Virus record (IMG/VR): IMGVR_UViG_2537561977_000019
Span: 1-19,354 of that record
Direction: 5' to 3' (one strand)
Length of the DNA: 19,354 nucleotides
Origin: a virus
Lineage: Duplodnaviria; Heunggongvirae; Uroviricota; Caudoviricetes
Shown here: positions 1 to 8,173 of the stretch, in pieces
How positions within the stretch are numbered: the first letter of the stretch is position 1
Layout of the letters: each line of letters starts with the position of its first letter
Position numbers and translations under genes: made by a program
The notes under the pieces: model-generated
Databases searched by the model: none
What the model was told of the DNA's origin: nothing
The model's input: only the letters and a program-made list of their open reading frames with translations

Positions 1-216
1 TTATTCACCTCTCGCAGCCTTACGCTTATCTTCTCTTATTTTGAAATACAGATTCGTCAGATAAGTCAGAAGCCCCAGAAGCAGACTTCCCAGCACACCA
101 ATCGCAGCCCACTGTGATGGACTGACCTGATCCAACCACTGCAAAAACCAGTAGCCGGCACTGCCGGCGGAGGTGCCGTAGGCAATGCCTGTTGATATTT
201 TTTCCATCTGATACAT
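1..216 (-). CDS. Class II holin / pinholin, phage 21 S-like (71 aa, with internal start giving a 68-aa form)
   Basis: 71-aa ORF with a hydrophobic core ([19 protein letters not shown] ... [17 protein letters not shown]) and a charged C-terminus; begins M-Y-Q-M-E-K, i.e. two in-frame ATGs (216 and 207) as in holin/antiholin dual-start motifs; a G-rich SD (GGGGGG) lies upstream of 216. The family call is from memory of S21/EssD-like sequences. Confidence 0.8.
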   Translation of the reverse strand: MYQMEKISTGIAYGTSAGSAGYWFLQWLDQVSPSQWAAIGVLGSLLLGLLTYLTNLYFKIREDKRKAARGE

Positions 217-250
217 ATCCCGCCCCCCGACAGACCTGTGCTATCGGAAA

Positions 251-282
251 GAAAAAAGGCCATCAGCAAAACTCTGATGGCC
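251..282 (-). terminator. Intrinsic terminator on the minus strand, 36 nt upstream of the holin start
   Basis: Perfect 9-bp stem GGCCATCAG (258-266) / CTGATGGCC (274-282) with a 7-nt loop; on the minus strand the hairpin is followed by TTTTTT (complement of A252-A257). Confidence 0.6.
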
Positions 283-391
283 TGAATCACCTTTACCAAT
301 ATTGTATGAAAAAACACGCACGTCTAATTGACAATAATTTTCATTTCCATTAAAAAAGATCGCGTAGCATTCTTAATTCATGAGGAACTTT

Positions 392-457
392 ACCCGCCAG
401 CAATCTGAGTAGCGAAAGCTGTTCATCCCCAATGTTTTTGCTGGCGGGTCCTTTTTT
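392..457 (+). terminator. Long inverted repeat followed by T6 (terminator-like, plus strand)
   Basis: 12-bp perfect arms ACCCGCCAGCAA (392-403) / TTGCTGGCGGGT (438-449) enclosing a 34-nt loop, followed by CC and TTTTTT (452-457). Confidence 0.4.
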
Positions 458-895
458 CTACGGTCCTCCTCCCCGGAGGGGGCATTTCATTATTTTTCTA
501 ATCGTTACTGGTGAGAAGGCGGAAGAAAAAGCCAGTTCTTCGCCCCTAAATAACAGCATGATTCCAGTCCATGCAAAATCTGATTTCCAGCTCACACATA
601 CCGAGCGCTGTACAAAAAACCGCCAGCCAAGGCAGTTAAGAGTGTGTTCCCGGGGTTTGCTTAGAATATTTTGTAAGTTGTCCGAAGAGATATTTACAAC
701 ACCAGAATGATGAATCATCAGTCCCCTGCCAGAGGTTCACTACGTAACCTGACCGACAATGCACCATTCTGGTGCTGAAAAAAGAGCACTGGAACTGCAA
801 CAAAACAACATCACAGAACAGGAGATGGTAAGGAGTCAGACATTCCCACACAATATTGTGTCAGTGCAAATAACAACCTTCGTCTCAAATCTCGC

Positions 896-970
<75 letters not shown>

Positions 971-973
971 ATA

Positions 974-1049
<76 letters not shown>

Positions 1050-1051
1050 GC

Positions 1052-1128
1052 TGGCCCACCACCGAGGACTCGAACCTCGCACCGTCAACTTAGAAGGTTG
1101 ATGCTCTATCCGGATGAGCTAGTGGTGG
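1052..1128 (-). tRNA. tRNA-Arg (anticodon UCU)
   Basis: 77-nt cloverleaf: acceptor CCACCAC/GTGGTGG (unusual C1-G72), anticodon stem TCAAC/GTTGA with loop CTTCTAA, T-arm CGAGG-TTCGAGT-CCTCG, encoded CCA. Confidence 0.7.
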
Positions 1129-1129
1129 T

Positions 1130-1205
1130 TGGTGGCCCTTGCTGGACTTGAACCAGCGACCTGGCGATTATGAGTCGCTCGCTCTCACCACTGAGCTAAA
1201 GGGCC
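1130..1205 (-). tRNA. tRNA with CAU anticodon (Ile2/ileX-like, or elongator Met)
   Basis: Acceptor GGCCCTT/AAGGGCC, anticodon loop CTCATAA, T-arm GCTGG-TTCAAGT-CCAGC, encoded CCA. Close to my memory of E. coli ileX; Ile versus Met identity cannot be decided from sequence alone. Confidence 0.75.
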
Positions 1206-1245
1206 GATAACATAATGATAACGTTACAGAATAAATTCAGCAATA

Positions 1246-2304
1246 TCACTCTCTCTTTCTGATTGAATTCTGTACATCTCTTGCGGTCTGCTCAAAACGT
1301 TCAGCCTCCAGCTCGACACCAATTGCACGACGCCCCAGCGCCATCGCTGCTTTGACTGTCGAACCGGACCCCATGAAGAAATCTGCAACCAGGTCACCCG
1401 GACGACTGCTGGCGGTAATCATTTGCCGCAACATATCTGCCGGTTTTTCACAGGGATGTTTGCCCGGATAATACTGCACAGGCTTGTGCGTCCAGACATC
1501 CGTATAAGGAACGGCTGCCGATACGGAAAAATAACGCCGCAGGGATTTGTACTCTTCCAGCAGGCTGGCATACTGCCGGTTCAGCTCACTGTATGTGCTG
1601 ACCAGTTGGTGATGTGGCTTTTCCAGTTCACCCCGCTGATGTTTCTCTTCTGCCACCCGGGCAAACAGCACCTGAAGTTTTCTGTAATCATCCTCATTCG
1701 GCAACTGCCACTGACTGGCACCAAACCAGTGGGAAACCATATTTTTCTTACCTGTGGCTTCGGCAATTTGTTTTGCCGTTATACCCAGTTCGGCACGAGC
1801 ATCCCTGAAATACGATATCAGCGGTGCCATTATGTGCTGTTTGAGTTCCCTTTCTTTTGCCGCATAGCCGTCACTTTTGCCGCGATATGGCCCCTGGTAA
1901 TGTTCAGCAAACAGAACGCGCTCTGTGGCAGGAAAATATGCGCGCAGACTTTCTTTATTACACCCATTCCAACGTCCGGACGGCTTCGCCCAGATGATAT
2001 GGTTAAGCACGTTGAAACGTTCACGCATCATGATCTCAATATCAGATGCCAGGCGATGCCCACAGAACAGGTAAAGGCTTCCGGCAGGTTTCAACACCCG
2101 CCAGAACTGGGCCAGACAGTGGTCCAGCCACTTAAGGTAATCTTCGTCCCCTTTCCACTGATTGTCCCAACCGTTAGGTTTCACCTTGAAGTAAGGCGGA
2201 TCGGTAACAATCAGGTCAATGGAATCATCAGGCAGGGACTGAATAAAATGCAGGCAATCAGCGTTGATTAAATCAACACTGTTTATTTTTACAGTATTTT
2301 TCAT
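1246..2304 (-). CDS. DNA methyltransferase, beta-class (N6-adenine or N4-cytosine), 352 aa
   Basis: Catalytic motif DPPY near the N-terminus (LIVTDPPYF) and the SAM-binding motif FxGxG near the C-terminus (DFFMGSGSTVKAA). ATG at 2304; no strong SD. Confidence 0.8.
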   Translation of the reverse strand: MKNTVKINSVDLINADCLHFIQSLPDDSIDLIVTDPPYFKVKPNGWDNQWKGDEDYLKWLDHCLAQFWRVLKPAGSLYLFCGHRLASDIEIMMRERFNVLNHIIWAKPSGRWNGCNKESLRAYFPATERVLFAEHYQGPYRGKSDGYAAKERELKQHIMAPLISYFRDARAELGITAKQIAEATGKKNMVSHWFGASQWQLPNEDDYRKLQVLFARVAEEKHQRGELEKPHHQLVSTYSELNRQYASLLEEYKSLRRYFSVSAAVPYTDVWTHKPVQYYPGKHPCEKPADMLRQMITASSRPGDLVADFFMGSGSTVKAAMALGRRAIGVELEAERFEQTARDVQNSIRKRE

Positions 2305-2454
2305 GGATCAGTAAGCGTAACTCTGGTAGGCTCACTCTGCTTTTGCGCTAAAGCAGTGGGCCGTGGTTCGCTTGTGACCAGTAAGCATGAGCGAATGGCT
2401 GGCAGGTGCTACCAACACCCACCAGCCGCCCATTTTCACAGCAGGAAACCGCCA

Positions 2455-2682
2455 TTACTGGCAGCGTCTGAATTTATTCCCGTACCCGCCGTTATCCTTC
2501 GCCAGACCCGCCAAAACTAACTGAGTCAGTATTAACTGGCACCGGGCTTCGCTTACTCCGGTAGTTCTCGTCATCATGCGTGGCGTTACCCACTTGTCAG
2601 CAGGTAAGAAATGAAGGACTGCGGCGGCGGTTTCTGTCATATCTTGCTGTTTTAGCATGTCTTTTTCCCTTCTGGTTAACAT
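2455..2682 (-). CDS. Small hypothetical protein (67-75 aa)
   Basis: ORF just downstream of the tR'-like terminator. Alternative ATG at 2658 has an AAGGG SD about 9 nt upstream. No recognisable motif. Confidence 0.45.
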   Translation of the reverse strand: MLTRREKDMLKQQDMTETAAAVLHFLPADKWVTPRMMTRTTGVSEARCQLILTQLVLAGLAKDNGGYGNKFRRCQ

Positions 2683-2778
2683 GACATACCAATAACTCTT
2701 GTCTAAAAATCCAGCAAGATAAAAAGTCAGTATTCACGACCACCAGCGTGTTTACTGTACTGCACCAAGTTTACAGGT

Positions 2779-2803
2779 ACAAAAACCCGCTCAGTGGCGG
2801 GTT
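2779..2803 (-). terminator. tR'-like intrinsic terminator downstream of Q
   Basis: Stem CCCGC (2786-2790) / GCGGG (2797-2801) with loop TCAGTG; on the minus strand it is followed by TTTTTGT (complement of 2779-2785). Confidence 0.5.
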
Positions 2804-2849
2804 CTTAAATCTTATCAACGGTAGACATACAAAGCCCATCGTTGGGAAA

Positions 2850-2878
2850 ATCTTATCCATATTTTTTGAAAAATGCAA
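2850..2878 (-). promoter_or_regulatory. Candidate late promoter (pR'-like) just downstream of Q
   Basis: Minus strand reads TTGCAT (complement of 2873-2878), a 17-nt spacer, then TAAGAT (complement of 2850-2855). It sits about 50 nt upstream of the tR'-like hairpin. Confidence 0.35.
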
Positions 2879-2909
2879 GCATCATGTCGCCATCTTCGGC
2901 AAAAATCAT

Positions 2910-3662
2910 TTATCTTGTCACTTTTCTCAATTGTGTCTCTGCATATGCTTCTTCCTGCCAGCACTTTGTAACCAGTTTATCAATGACATCTGCATATCCT
3001 TTGTACCACTGATAATCCGTCAGATCCGGTACCAGCTTCTGGACATGATGCCGCGCCAGTGTGGTTGGTAAACGGCTAAACCGGTTTCCATTGCAACGCC
3101 CACAAATCTTATAAACAGGCGCACCATGAAGCCGGGTTCTTTTTTCATCCAGTACAATACCTTTCCCCTTACACCCTCTACACGCTGTGCTGACCTCTCC
3201 CTTACCATGACAATGCTGACATAGTTCCTTCACCCACTCTTCCTTGATAACAGATTCCCCGCTTCTGGAGTGTTTCACCACTTCGCGCAATACATTATGA
3301 AATCCAGTACCAGCACAATGCTCACAGCGAGCCTTACTTGCCGCAGACCTGGAATAATCAGCAAAGGCAAAATTCACAAGGTAAGGGATGATCTGTAACC
3401 GGGTTTCTTCACTCAATTTGTTCAATGTCGGGTTATCCAGTGCCATCGCGTAATTGAGCAGACCTTCAATCGCAAACTGAGGATCCTGAACACCAACTTT
3501 TGCCAGGAATAAGGCAAACCCAAGCGGTGCTTTCGACTGCACCATCCCCTGCGCAGCCATTACATCCGTAATTGTTAAACCACCAGAGCCTGTCGCCGGT
3601 GCGTCATCGCTCAATTTTGGAGATTTTGGGGAGTAATATTTCGGTAAGGCTTCAAGGTTCAT
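2910..3662 (-). CDS. Q-type late antiterminator (about 250 aa, Cys-rich)
   Basis: Several CxxC pairs (CEHCAGTG, CQHCHGKG, CRGCKGKG, CGRCNGN). It is the last gene before the pR'/tR'-like pair and the lysis genes. ATG at 3662 has a GGAG SD 7 nt upstream; the ORF track's upstream start at 3692 is TTG and overlaps the preceding gene. Confidence 0.7.
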   Translation of the reverse strand: MNLEALPKYYSPKSPKLSDDAPATGSGGLTITDVMAAQGMVQSKAPLGFALFLAKVGVQDPQFAIEGLLNYAMALDNPTLNKLSEETRLQIIPYLVNFAFADYSRSAASKARCEHCAGTGFHNVLREVVKHSRSGESVIKEEWVKELCQHCHGKGEVSTACRGCKGKGIVLDEKRTRLHGAPVYKICGRCNGNRFSRLPTTLARHHVQKLVPDLTDYQWYKGYADVIDKLVTKCWQEEAYAETQLRKVTR

Positions 3663-3675
3663 GCTCGTTCTCCAC

Positions 3676-4671
3676 TTACGCCAGCACGCCAATTGCCAGC
3701 GCGCGATCGATAAAACGAAATATCAGCTCCAGCTGGGAGCCATACTTCTCTTCAAATGCCACGGTATCCGCATGCAGCTCGTCGTGATGCTTTCTGCACA
3801 AAGGCAACACAAAGAGGTCATGCGCTTTTGTACCCATCCCGCCCTGACCGTGGCCTATCAGGTGGTGGGGATCATCAGCAGGCTTTCCACAACATGCACA
3901 CGGCTGCGTCTTAACCCAGCGCGTGTACTTTTCGTTAACCCAGCGGCGACGTTTTGGGCGTAACATAAAAGACTCCGGCGACTCCGGATCCACTTTCAGC
4001 GCCAGCACCTTTTTCGCTTTATCCTGGATGATGCTGGTGGCAGGAACCGAAGGCACAAGGTCACTTTCCCGGGTGACAGACGGCACAACAGGCTTCGGTA
4101 ATCTCAGTGCCTTACGGGCTGCACTTTCCGGTAAGGCATCCGCCAGGTCATTACGAACCAGCCACCAGCACAGTTCCGGCATTGTCACAACGTGACTATC
4201 ATCAAAACCGAGATCCCGACGCACGACAGACAACACCCAGCGGGCACAGTTATCCGTTGCCATTGATTCCAGCCGTTCCGTGAATTGATCGCGCAGCTGG
4301 TTATCGCAGTGCCAGCACAGACGGATTGCGCCCGGCGCGTGTCGCATTGTGGTCATGTTCTCGCTGTGCCAGTCGGAATGAGGCCACTGGCAGCCTTTTT
4401 CACGAAGTAACCAGCTTTCAAGACATTCCACCCCACCAGCACGACGGATCACTGCCTCATTGCGGAACACGGCCCGAACGGCAGGATCATCCGCCAGCGG
4501 TTGTGATGCCGCCGGAACGGCACCACTGGCGAAAGATGAATAACGTTCCGGCTCAGGCTCCAGCAGGACACGCCCCTGCATAAACAGGGGCATCAGCTCT
4601 GAACCTGGCCTGAACAATACGATCCCCATACGCGGGGCAATTTCAGGGGTCAGTAGTGCTCTCACGGTCAC
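3676..4671 (-). CDS. DUF968-family protein with an HNH-like C-terminal motif
   Basis: 331 aa; the C-terminus carries CACCGKPADDPHHLIGHGQGGMGTKAHDLFVLPLCRKHHDELH. GTG start at 4671 directly after the upstream stop. Typical nin-region gene. Confidence 0.7.
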   Translation of the reverse strand: MTVRALLTPEIAPRMGIVLFRPGSELMPLFMQGRVLLEPEPERYSSFASGAVPAASQPLADDPAVRAVFRNEAVIRRAGGVECLESWLLREKGCQWPHSDWHSENMTTMRHAPGAIRLCWHCDNQLRDQFTERLESMATDNCARWVLSVVRRDLGFDDSHVVTMPELCWWLVRNDLADALPESAARKALRLPKPVVPSVTRESDLVPSVPATSIIQDKAKKVLALKVDPESPESFMLRPKRRRWVNEKYTRWVKTQPCACCGKPADDPHHLIGHGQGGMGTKAHDLFVLPLCRKHHDELHADTVAFEEKYGSQLELIFRFIDRALAIGVLA

Positions 4672-4672
4672 C

Positions 4673-5482
4673 TCAATGAACGGTATCGAGCAGCTTTAAC
4701 AGCTCAGGGAATCGGGATTCGAAGAAATGCGGCTGCGTCTCGCGCGGATTTGCGGGACTGGTGATGTTCTTGCCAAACATGCAGCCTTTCGCTGTCAGCG
4801 ACCAGAATTTTTTGATGTTGTTAATCGCGGTACGGCTGTATCGTTCGCGCTGCTCGACGATCCCCAGCTTCACCATCTGGTGATATGCCTGATTAGCCGT
4901 CAGGCGGATACCATACTGCTTCAGCAGTGCACTCAGTGACAGCGTGGGGCGGCTTGAGCCATCAGGCGCGTCAGCAGGAGCATCAATGGCATAGCGCGGT
5001 GCCAGATTCGGTAAGCCAACAGCCTCCTGGAGTTTCTGACAGGCCCCAAGCACTGAAGAGTTAGACAGGTTTAACTCCCTGCGCATAAAGTCCAGCAGGA
5101 TCACGCCAGCCTGCATCTTGTCAGCAGCCTGTCCGGATAATTTTTCCGGTGCGCTGGTTACCATATCGAAAGTACGGATCACCTTCAGATGGAATGACGG
5201 GCTGATCCACATTGCATAGGCATACACCAGTTCCTTGCAGACATACGTTCCCCGTTCATTTCCCCCATGAATCACACTCACCGGGTCAACACCCAAATTC
5301 TGGGTGTTGGTCAATTCATGAACAAGCTCAACAGTTTGTTGGCTGGAAAGAAACTTTCCCGGCTCCTTGGTTCTGGCATTTGCACCAGATGCTACTGCTG
5401 CGCGATGCAGATCGTTCAGGCTGTAACGCCCATAAGCATCACGACGAACTTCAATACCATCAATGACCATCAGATTATTCAT
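4673..5482 (-). CDS. KilA-N domain protein
   Basis: N-terminus MNNLMVIDGIEVRRDAYGRYSLNDLHRAA is KilA-N-like. ATG at 5482 has an AGGAG SD 8 nt upstream; the longer ORF start at 5515 would overlap RusA. Confidence 0.7.
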   Translation of the reverse strand: MNNLMVIDGIEVRRDAYGRYSLNDLHRAAVASGANARTKEPGKFLSSQQTVELVHELTNTQNLGVDPVSVIHGGNERGTYVCKELVYAYAMWISPSFHLKVIRTFDMVTSAPEKLSGQAADKMQAGVILLDFMRRELNLSNSSVLGACQKLQEAVGLPNLAPRYAIDAPADAPDGSSRPTLSLSALLKQYGIRLTANQAYHQMVKLGIVEQRERYSRTAINNIKKFWSLTAKGCMFGKNITSPANPRETQPHFFESRFPELLKLLDTVH

Positions 5483-5501
5483 ACTTCGTTTCTCCTCTTG
5501 A

Positions 5502-5891
5502 TCAGGCGGCTGCACCCGCCGTTTTCTCGTACTTACTGATAGTGATCTCGACCTTCCCTTTCGGGATAACCGGTCCCCACTCCACCAGCATTCTTTTCAC
5601 CTGACTGTCGTCTTCCCACACACCCGCGTGGGTCAGGGCGTCAAACAGCGCCTTGTTATAGTTGTCCAGATCGCGGATCCGGTTATCCGGAGGAAACAAC
5701 ACGATCTCCACTGAAGCAGGTGCCGACGTTGGTTTCGGCAGACGACGTAACTGCTCAACTATTGCTGCGCACGCCGCGCTCTGGAATTTTCGCCCCGCCG
5801 AGCTTATCAGGCTCTTACCAGCAAACGCCCCTTTGTTGGAGTGTCGCCAGTACGTGTTCACGCTGGGCGGAAAAGGCAGGATCAGCTTCAT
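5502..5891 (-). CDS. rusA: RusA-family Holliday junction resolvase
   Basis: 129 aa with RusA hallmarks (LPFPPSVNTYWRH ... RDLDNYNKALFDALT ... DDSQV). ATGA overlap with the upstream gene. Confidence 0.85.
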   Translation of the reverse strand: MKLILPFPPSVNTYWRHSNKGAFAGKSLISSAGRKFQSAACAAIVEQLRRLPKPTSAPASVEIVLFPPDNRIRDLDNYNKALFDALTHAGVWEDDSQVKRMLVEWGPVIPKGKVEITISKYEKTAGAAA

Positions 5892-6214
5892 ACTTTCAGG
5901 TCCCTCTCATGTAACCAGTGGGTTGCACGCAGCCTTGCGTTTTCCTCACCGGCAAGCAGTGCGCGGATAATCCCGACCGCCTCGCTGTCGTCGTCCTTCA
6001 CCGCGGTATGAAGCGTTATCCCCCGGGCCACGCCACGCTTTATCGTGATGACGCCTTTTTTCTCCAGTGCGCGAAGATGCTCCACCGCTGCATTCACTGA
6101 ACGGTATCCCAGCATGGTTGCCACCTCCTGATTGGTTGGCGGGAAGCCACGTTCTTTCTGATAAGAAATCAGCATATCCAGCACCTGCTGCTGGCATTGA
6201 GTTAACGTCGTCAT
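5888..6214 (-). CDS. LexA-like winged-helix DNA-binding domain protein with no peptidase domain
   Basis: The first ~70 aa align with the LexA N-terminal domain (LTQCQQQVLDML ... PPTNQEVATMLGYRSVNAAVEHLRALEKKGVITI ... ARGITL). The 108-aa protein lacks the S24 Ser/Lys protease domain. ATGA overlap with the Dam gene. Confidence 0.7.
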   Translation of the reverse strand: MTTLTQCQQQVLDMLISYQKERGFPPTNQEVATMLGYRSVNAAVEHLRALEKKGVITIKRGVARGITLHTAVKDDDSEAVGIIRALLAGEENARLRATHWLHERDLKV

Positions 6215-6864
6215 GCCGCCATCTCCCTGACCAGTTTTTCCGCCTGCTGGCGAACCTGCGCCAGAAACGCCTCACCACATGCCTCAAGTTCATCGCGCCC
6301 GATGTAGCTGATTGCCGGTCCCTTCCAGGTCTTATCGAAAACAGCAATAGCACCAGCGAAGAAAGCGCCTGTCGGCACCTGCTTCTCATCCTTCGGGATA
6401 AACCAGGCAGGCAGTTCAAAACCAATACGCCCGCGAATAAAAGCAATATGGTCCGCATCTTCCGGCCACCACACTTCGCTGGTGGCAGCTTTGATCAGGA
6501 AAACATAGCGCCCACCCTTATCACGCATGGCACTGGCATGTTTCATGATGTAACGCATGCCGGTGATGTATTGCCCCTCATGCTGACTGGCGCGGCTGTA
6601 TGGGGGATTACCAAAGGCAGCCCCTTTAAGCTCCGCAAGACGTTCTGACCAGTCATGCGCCAGCGCGTTGTCTTCCGCCGTGTAATACGCAGCACATTTG
6701 GCGTTATCACCGTCAGTGAACAGATCCAGAACAAACGGGCCAAACAGGGTGTTAATTCCCCAGAAAATGTTGTCCGGCGTGCGCCACTGATCACCCACTT
6801 CCTTCAGTTCATGGGCTGGTTTGTTCCTCAGTTCCACCAGCTCCTGGCAATATTTATTACTCAT
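6211..6864 (-). CDS. Phage Dam-family N6-adenine DNA methyltransferase
   Basis: NPPY motif (AAFGNPPYS) in a ~217-aa protein. ATG at 6864 overlaps the upstream stop (TAATG); an alternative GTG lies at 6897. Confidence 0.8.
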   Translation of the reverse strand: MSNKYCQELVELRNKPAHELKEVGDQWRTPDNIFWGINTLFGPFVLDLFTDGDNAKCAAYYTAEDNALAHDWSERLAELKGAAFGNPPYSRASQHEGQYITGMRYIMKHASAMRDKGGRYVFLIKAATSEVWWPEDADHIAFIRGRIGFELPAWFIPKDEKQVPTGAFFAGAIAVFDKTWKGPAISYIGRDELEACGEAFLAQVRQQAEKLVREMAA

Positions 6865-7352
6865 TAAGCCCCCACGTAATTCCCTGACAGATACCACTCA
6901 TCACCCGATACAGCGCGCTTGCTGCTTTTCCGTAAACACTGCTCACGACGCGCCAGAAAATTGTTTCGTTCTGGCTGGGAGTGGCTTTCACGGAATGCCG
7001 CCATCCACACCGTTGCAGCACGACGGTATAAGCCCCTGGACTCCAGTTCTTCCGCCTGGCGGGTCAGGCACAAAATCACCCGGGGATCGTTAGTGCCGAC
7101 ATAGAAATTGCGCACAGGTCTGGTTTCACGAACTGGTTGTGGTTCCGGCTCCTGCGCTCTCTCAGTCAGGCGTGGGAAATGTCTGCGTGTATCTCCTTCA
7201 CAACGGTGAGCCACACGCCCACTCTGACGTAACTTGCTTGCTGACTGCAGAACGCGCTGCCGTGAGTAACCTGCAAAAGCATCCGCAATGTCTCCGGAAG
7301 TACACCCCGGATGGGCTTCAATGAATTTCTGAACGTCATTCAAAAGACTCAT
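6864..7352 (-). CDS. Hypothetical phage protein (about 162 aa)
   Basis: ORF starts 3 nt after the O-like stop (ATG 7352, AGGGG SD) and is coupled to the downstream Dam gene. Arg-rich; no confident family. Confidence 0.5.
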   Translation of the reverse strand: MSLLNDVQKFIEAHPGCTSGDIADAFAGYSRQRVLQSASKLRQSGRVAHRCEGDTRRHFPRLTERAQEPEPQPVRETRPVRNFYVGTNDPRVILCLTRQAEELESRGLYRRAATVWMAAFRESHSQPERNNFLARREQCLRKSSKRAVSGDEWYLSGNYVGA

Positions 7353-7354
7353 GA

Positions 7355-8173
7355 TCACCCCCTGAATCCTGCCGGGATCTGGCTGTAGTCCACGTTGTCG
7401 TAACTGGCTTTGAAGTACGGGTCCTCGCGTCTGGCTGCAGATACCGCAGGAACTTCCCAGGATTCTTCGAAATGACGATCCGGACCAAAGAACGTGACAG
7501 CCTGTTTCACAAATTGTGTGCCGCTGTTACCCATCGCAGATACCCAGCCCGCGTAGCGTTTCACACCTTCCAGCATGGTTTCGGGGTTTACCCCCTCATT
7601 CAAACGGGCTTTCCAGGCTTTGAAGGCTGCAGATTTTGAATTGCCACCAGCACGTTTGGGATAGGCCAGCCATGCCTGCTCAAACTCCGGAGAGTATTCC
7701 GGTCGGTTTGAACTAACTCGCACAGACTCATCAGCAGATGCACCAACAGCTATTGGTTCATTGACTGGTTCTTTGACTGGTTCAAAAGAGTGACTGGTTC
7801 TGGGTGAATCTCCTGCACTACCCCCTAGTGCAACTCCTGCACTACCTGGTGAATTTGCTGCACCAGATAGTGAATTATTTGCACTACCCCCTAGTGAATC
7901 TCCTGCACCATCCAGATGAAGGAGATAGATATTACTTGAGTTACCTTTTTCACCTTTCCGGGTGACTTTTTTTACCAGCCCGGACTCACAAAGGGCCGCA
8001 ATATGATTCATCACAGAACGTTTGCTAATCTCGCACTGGTCAGCAATATGCTGGTAGCTGGGCCAGCACTCACCCTGATCGCTGGCATTATCAGCCAGCT
8101 TGATCAGAACCAGTTTTCGCAATGGATTACCCACTCGAATTTTCATCGCTTTAACCATCAGCTCCATACTCAT
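7355..8173 (-). CDS. Replication initiator, O-like (N-terminal winged-helix, Gly/Ser/Ala-rich linker)
   Basis: N-terminus LRKLVLIKLADNASDQGECWPSYQHIADQCEISKRSVMNHIAALCESGLVKK resembles phage replication-initiator HTH domains. The linker is encoded by repetitive DNA, as iterons are in lambda O. ATG at 8173 in an ATGA overlap. Confidence 0.65.
   Translation of the reverse strand: MSMELMVKAMKIRVGNPLRKLVLIKLADNASDQGECWPSYQHIADQCEISKRSVMNHIAALCESGLVKKVTRKGEKGNSSNIYLLHLDGAGDSLGGSANNSLSGAANSPGSAGVALGGSAGDSPRTSHSFEPVKEPVNEPIAVGASADESVRVSSNRPEYSPEFEQAWLAYPKRAGGNSKSAAFKAWKARLNEGVNPETMLEGVKRYAGWVSAMGNSGTQFVKQAVTFFGPDRHFEESWEVPAVSAARREDPYFKASYDNVDYSQIPAGFRG
7761..7910. repeat. Iteron-like direct repeat cluster inside the O-like gene (candidate origin)
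   Basis: TGACTGGTTC occurs three times (7762-7771, 7774-7783, 7791-7800); GTGAATCTCCTGCAC twice (7804-7818, 7894-7908); TGCACTACCCCCTAGTG twice (7814-7830, 7880-7896); CTCCTGCACTACC also at 7835-7847. Confidence 0.5.

Noticed and set aside
432-851. ORFs of 71-92 codons on both strands in the tRNA-to-holin interval (432..710 +, 458..718 -, 636..851 -)
   Set aside because: Translations are Trp/Cys/Arg-rich with no hydrophobic core or SD, mutually overlapping, and partly span the long inverted repeat; treated as non-coding.
217-895. Possible Shiga toxin (stxAB) or other toxin cargo between the tRNAs and the holin
   Set aside because: No ORF of adequate length or quality is present; the interval is non-coding in all six frames.
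1423-2271. 282-codon plus-strand ORF antisense to the methyltransferase gene
   Set aside because: Entirely nested antisense to a gene with clear DPPY and FxGxG motifs; its translation is low-complexity with no motif; an open-frame artefact.
5946-6648. 170- and 193-codon ORFs (5946..6458 -, 6067..6648 +) overlapping the LexA-like and Dam genes
   Set aside because: Alternative frames of confidently assigned genes; translations are Arg/Gly/Pro-rich and typical of off-frame reading of GC-rich coding DNA.
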